Assembly: GCF_044704955.1 (NCBI RefSeq)
Contig: NC_091984.1
Coordinates: forward strand, 143,654,001 to 143,718,000
Direction: 5' to 3'
From: Pristiophorus japonicus
Taxonomy: Eukaryota
Length of the DNA: 64,000 nucleotides
Part shown: one piece after another, positions 59,581 to 64,000 of the stretch
Position numbering within the stretch: position 1 is the first letter of the stretch
How the letters are laid out: every line of letters starts with the position of its first letter
The notes under the pieces: generated by a model
The model's database searches: none
Told to the model about the DNA's origin: nothing
The model's input: only the letters and a program-made list of their open reading frames with translations
Program-made: the position numbers and the translations under genes

Positions 59581-62410
59581 TAGAAACATAGAAACATAGA
59601 AAATAGGTGCAGGAGTAGGCCATTCAGGCTTTCAAGCCTGCACCGCCATTCAATGAGTTCATGGCTGAACATGCAACTTCAATACCCCCTTCCTGCTTTT
59701 TCGCCATACCCCTTGATCCCCCGAATAGTAAGGACTACATCAAACTCCTTTTTGAATATATTTAGTGAATTGGCCTCAACAACTTTCTGTGGTAGAGAAT
59801 TCCACAGCTTCACCACTCTCTGGGTGAAGAAGTTTCTCCTCATCTCGGTCCTAAATGGCTTACCTCTTATCCTTCGACTGTGACCCCTGGTTGTGGACTT
59901 CCCCAACATTGGGAACATTCTTCCTGCATCTAACCTGTCTAAACCCGTCAGAACTTTAAATGTTTCTATGAGATCCCCTCTCATTCTTCTGAACTCCAGT
60001 GAATACAATCCCAGTTGATCCAGTCTTGATATGTCAATCCCGCCATCCCGGGAATCAGTCTGGTGAACCTTCGCTGCACTCCCTCAATAGCAAGAATGTC
60101 CTTCCTCAAATTAGGAGACCAAAACTGCACACAATACTCCAGGTGTGGCCTCACCAAGGCCCTGTACAACTGTAGCAACACCTCCTTGCCCCTGTACTTA
60201 AATCCCCTTGCTATGAAGGCCAACATGCCATTTGCTTTCTTAACCGCCTGCTGTACCTGCATGCCACCCTTCAATGACTGATGTACCATGACACCCAGGT
60301 CTCGTTGCACCTCCCCTTTTCCTAATCTGTCACCATACAGATAATAGTCTGTCTCTCTGTTTTTACCACCAAAGTGGATAACTTCACATTTATCCACATT
60401 ATGCTTCATCTGCCATGCATTTGCCCACTCACCTAACCTATCCAAGTCACTCTGCAGCCTCATAGCATCCTCCTCGCAGCTCACACTGCCACCCAACTTA
60501 GTGTCATTCGCAAATTTGGGGATACTACATTTAATCCCCTTGTCTAAATCATTAATGTACAATGTAAACAACTGGGGCACCAGCAAAGAACCTTGCAGTA
60601 GCCCACTAGTCACTGCCTGCCATTCTGAAAAGTACCCATTTACTCCTACTCTTTGCTTCCTGTCTGCCAACTAGTTCTCAATCCACGTCAGCATATTACC
60701 CCCAATCCCATGTGCTTTAACTTTGCACATTAATCTCTTGTGTGGGACCTTGTCGAAAGCCTTCTGAAAGTCCAAATACACCACATCAACTGGTTCTCCC
60801 TTGTCCACTCCACTGGAAACATCCTTAAAAAATTCCAGAAGATTTGTCAAGCATGATTTCCCTTTCACAAATCCATGCTGACTTGGACCTATCATGTCAC
60901 CTCTTTCTAAATGCGCTGCTATGACATCCTTAATAATTGATTCCATCATTTTACCCACTACCAATACCAGGCTGACCAGTCTATAATTCCCTGTTTTCTC
61001 TTTCCCTCCTTTTTTAAAAAGTGGGGTTACATTGGCTACCCTCCACTCCATAGGAACTGATCCAGAGTCAATGGAATGTTGGAAAGTGACTGTCAATGCA
61101 TCCGCTATTTACAAGATCACCTCCTTAAGTACTCTGGGATGCAATCTATCAGGTCCTGGGGATTTATCGGCCTTCAATCCCATCAATTTTCCCAACACAA
61201 TTTCCGGACTAATAAGGATTTCCCTCAGTTCCTCCTTCTTACTTGACCCTCTGACCCCTTTTATATCCGGAAGGTTGTTTGTGTCCTCCTTAGTGAATGC
61301 CGAACCAAAGTACTTGTTCAATTGGTCTGCCATTTCTTTGTTCCCTGTTATGACTTCCCCTGATTCTGACTGCAGGGGACCTACATTTGTCTTTACTAAC
61401 CTTTTTCTCTTTACATATCAATAGAAGCTTTTGCAGTCCGTCTTAATGTTCCCTGCAAGCTTCCTCTCGTACTCTGTTTTCCCTGCCCTAATCAAATCCT
61501 TTGTCCTCCTCTGCTGAGTTCTAAATTTCTCCCAGTCCCCAGGTTCACTGCTATTTCTGGCCAATTTGTATGCCACTTCCTTGGCTTTAATACTATCCCT
61601 GATTTCCCTTGATAGCCACGGTTGAGCCACCTTCCCTTTTTTATTTTTATGCCAGACAGGGATGTACAATTGTTATAGTTCATCCATGCGGTTTCTAAAT
61701 GTCTGCCATTGCCCATCCACTGTCAACCCATTAAGTATCATTCGCCAATCTATCCTAGCCAATTCACGCCTCATACCTTCAAAGTTACCCTTCTTTAAGT
61801 TCTGGACCATGGTCTCTGAATTAACTGTTTCATTCTCCATCCTAATGTAGAATTCCACCATATTATGGCCACTCTTCCCCAAGGGGCCTCGCACAACGAG
61901 ATTGCTAATGAATCCTCTGTCATTGCACAACACCCAGTTTAAGATGTCCTCCTCCCTAGTTGGTTCCTCGACATATTGGTCTCGAAATCCTTCCCTTCTG
62001 CACTCCAGGGAATCCTTCTCCACCGTATTGCTTCCAGGTTGGTTAGCCCAATCTATATGCATATTAAAGCCACCCATGATAACTGCTGCACCTTTATTGC
62101 ATGCATCCCTAATTTCCTGTTTGATGCCCTCCCCAACATCACTACTACTGTTTGGAGGTTTTTTGCCCTTTGGTGTTCTGCAGCTATACCCATATAGATT
62201 CCATATCATCCAAGCTAATGTCCTTCCTAACTATTGCATTAATCACCTCTTTAACCAGCAATGCTACTCTACCTCCTTTTCCTTTTATTCTATATTTCCT
62301 GAATGTTGAATACCCTTGGATGTTGAGTTCCCACCCCTGATCATCCTGGAGCCATGTCTCTGTAATCCCAATCACATCATATCTGTTAACATCTATTTGC
62401 AAAGTTAATT
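59581..62410 (-). mobile_element. CR1 LINE ORF2 (APE-RT) and 3' UTR
   Basis: Series of minus-strand ORFs with CR1 APE/RT motifs; tail at 59581. Confidence 0.93.
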
Positions 62411-64000
62411 CATAGAAACATAGAAACATAGAAAATAGGTGCAGGAGCAAGCTATTCAGCCCTTCTAGCCTGCACCGCCATTCAATGAGTTCATGGCTGA
62501 ACATGAAACTTCAGTACCCCATTCCTGCTTTCTTGCCATACCCCTTGATCCCCCCAGTAGTAAGGACTTCATCTAACTGCCTTTTGAATATATTTCGTGA
62601 ATTGGCCTCAAATACTTTCTGTGGTAGAGAATTCCACAGGTTCACCACTCTCTGGGTGAAGAAGTTTCTCCTCATCTCGGTCCTAAATGGCTTACCCCTT
62701 ATCCTCAGACTGTGACCTCTGGTTCTGGACTTCCCCAACATTGGGAACATTCTTCCTGCATCTAACCTGTCTAAACCCGTCAGAATTTTAAACGTTTCTA
62801 TGAGGTCCCCTCTCATTCTTCTGAACTCCAGTGAATACAAGCCCAGTTTATCCAGTCTTTCTTGACAGGTCAGTCCCACCATCCCGGGAATCAGTCTGCT
62901 GAATCTTCGCTGCACTCCCTCAATAGCAAGAATGTCCTTCCTCAAGTTAGGAGACCAAAACTGTACACAATACTCCAGGTGTGGCCTCACCAAGGCCCTG
63001 TACAACTGTAGCAACACCTCCCTGCCCCTGTACTCAAATCCCCTCGCTATGAAGGCCAACATGCCATTTGCTTTCTGAACCGCCTGCTGTACCTGCATGC
63101 CAAACTTCAATGACTGATGTACCATGACACCCAGGTCTCGTTGCACCTTCCCTTTTCCTAATCTGTCACCATTCAGATAATAGTCTGTCTCTCTGTTTTT
63201 ACCACCAAAGTGGATAACCTCACATTAATCCACATTATACTTCATCTGCCATGCATTTGCCCACTCACCTAACCTATCCAAGTCACTCTGCAGCCTAATA
63301 GCATCCTCCTCGCAGCTCACACTGCCACCCAACTTAGTGTCATCCGCAAATTTGGAGATACTACATTTAATCCCCTCGTCTAAATCATTAATGTACAATG
63401 TAAACAGCTGGGGCCCCAGCACAGAACCTTGCGGTACCCCACTAGTCACTGCCTGCCATTCTGAAAAGTACCCATTTACTCCTACTCTTTGCTTCCTGTC
63501 TGACAACCAGTTCTCAATCCACGTCAGCACACTACCTCCAATCCCATGTGCTTTAACTTTGCATATTAATCTCTTGTGTGGGACCTTGTCGAAAGCCTTC
63601 TGAAAGTCCAAATATACCACATCAACTGGTTCTTCTTTGTCTACTTTACTGGAAACATCCTCAAAAAATTCCAGAAGATTTGTCAAGCATGATTTCCCTT
63701 TTACAAATCCATGCTGACTTGGACCTATCATGTCACTATTTTCCAAATGCGCTGCTATGGCATCCTTAATAATTGATTCCATCATTTTACCCACTACTGA
63801 GGTCAGGCTGACCGGTCTATAATTCCCTGTTTTCTCTCTCCCTCCTTTTTTAAAAAGTGGGGTTACATTGGCTACCCTCCACTCGATAGAAACTGATCCA
63901 GAGTCAATGGAATGTTGGAAAATGACTGTCAATGCATCCGCTATTTCCAAGGCCACATCCTTAAGTACTCTGGGATGCAGTCCATCAAGCCCTGGGGATT
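62411..64000 (-). mobile_element. CR1 LINE nested in the APE of the previous copy; runs off the window
   Basis: Tail at 62411; ORFs 62511-63146 and 63225-63956 (GVPQGSVLGP, FADD). Confidence 0.93.

Overview
Repeat-dense vertebrate genomic DNA. The Ig gene organisation and repeat families point to a cartilaginous fish, most likely a shark. The only supportable host gene is one unrearranged, apparently intact immunoglobulin kappa-type light-chain cluster on the minus strand: promoter, leader 25851-25899, V 25365-25663 with 12-RSS, 23-RSS with J 23607-23641, and C 15829-16157. It sits among many CR1, L2, RTE and Tx1 LINE fragments, Deu-domain SINEs, two decayed Ty3/Gypsy elements and several minisatellites. 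Three structures stand out. (1) A nested pair of poly(A)-tailed SINE-like elements built from U2 and U1 snRNA pieces (55209-55773), one inserted at the Keno/Utopia-type U2 target site of the other, with a 17-bp TSD. (2) An env-less retrovirus-like LTR element (29549-38359) with dual RNase H, a tRNA-Arg(CCG) PBS and a 1.5-kb LTR, whose 5' LTR is replaced by a ~0.9-kb palindrome. (3) A second, related long-LTR family in the J-C intron. All calls are by-eye readings; no database searches were run.
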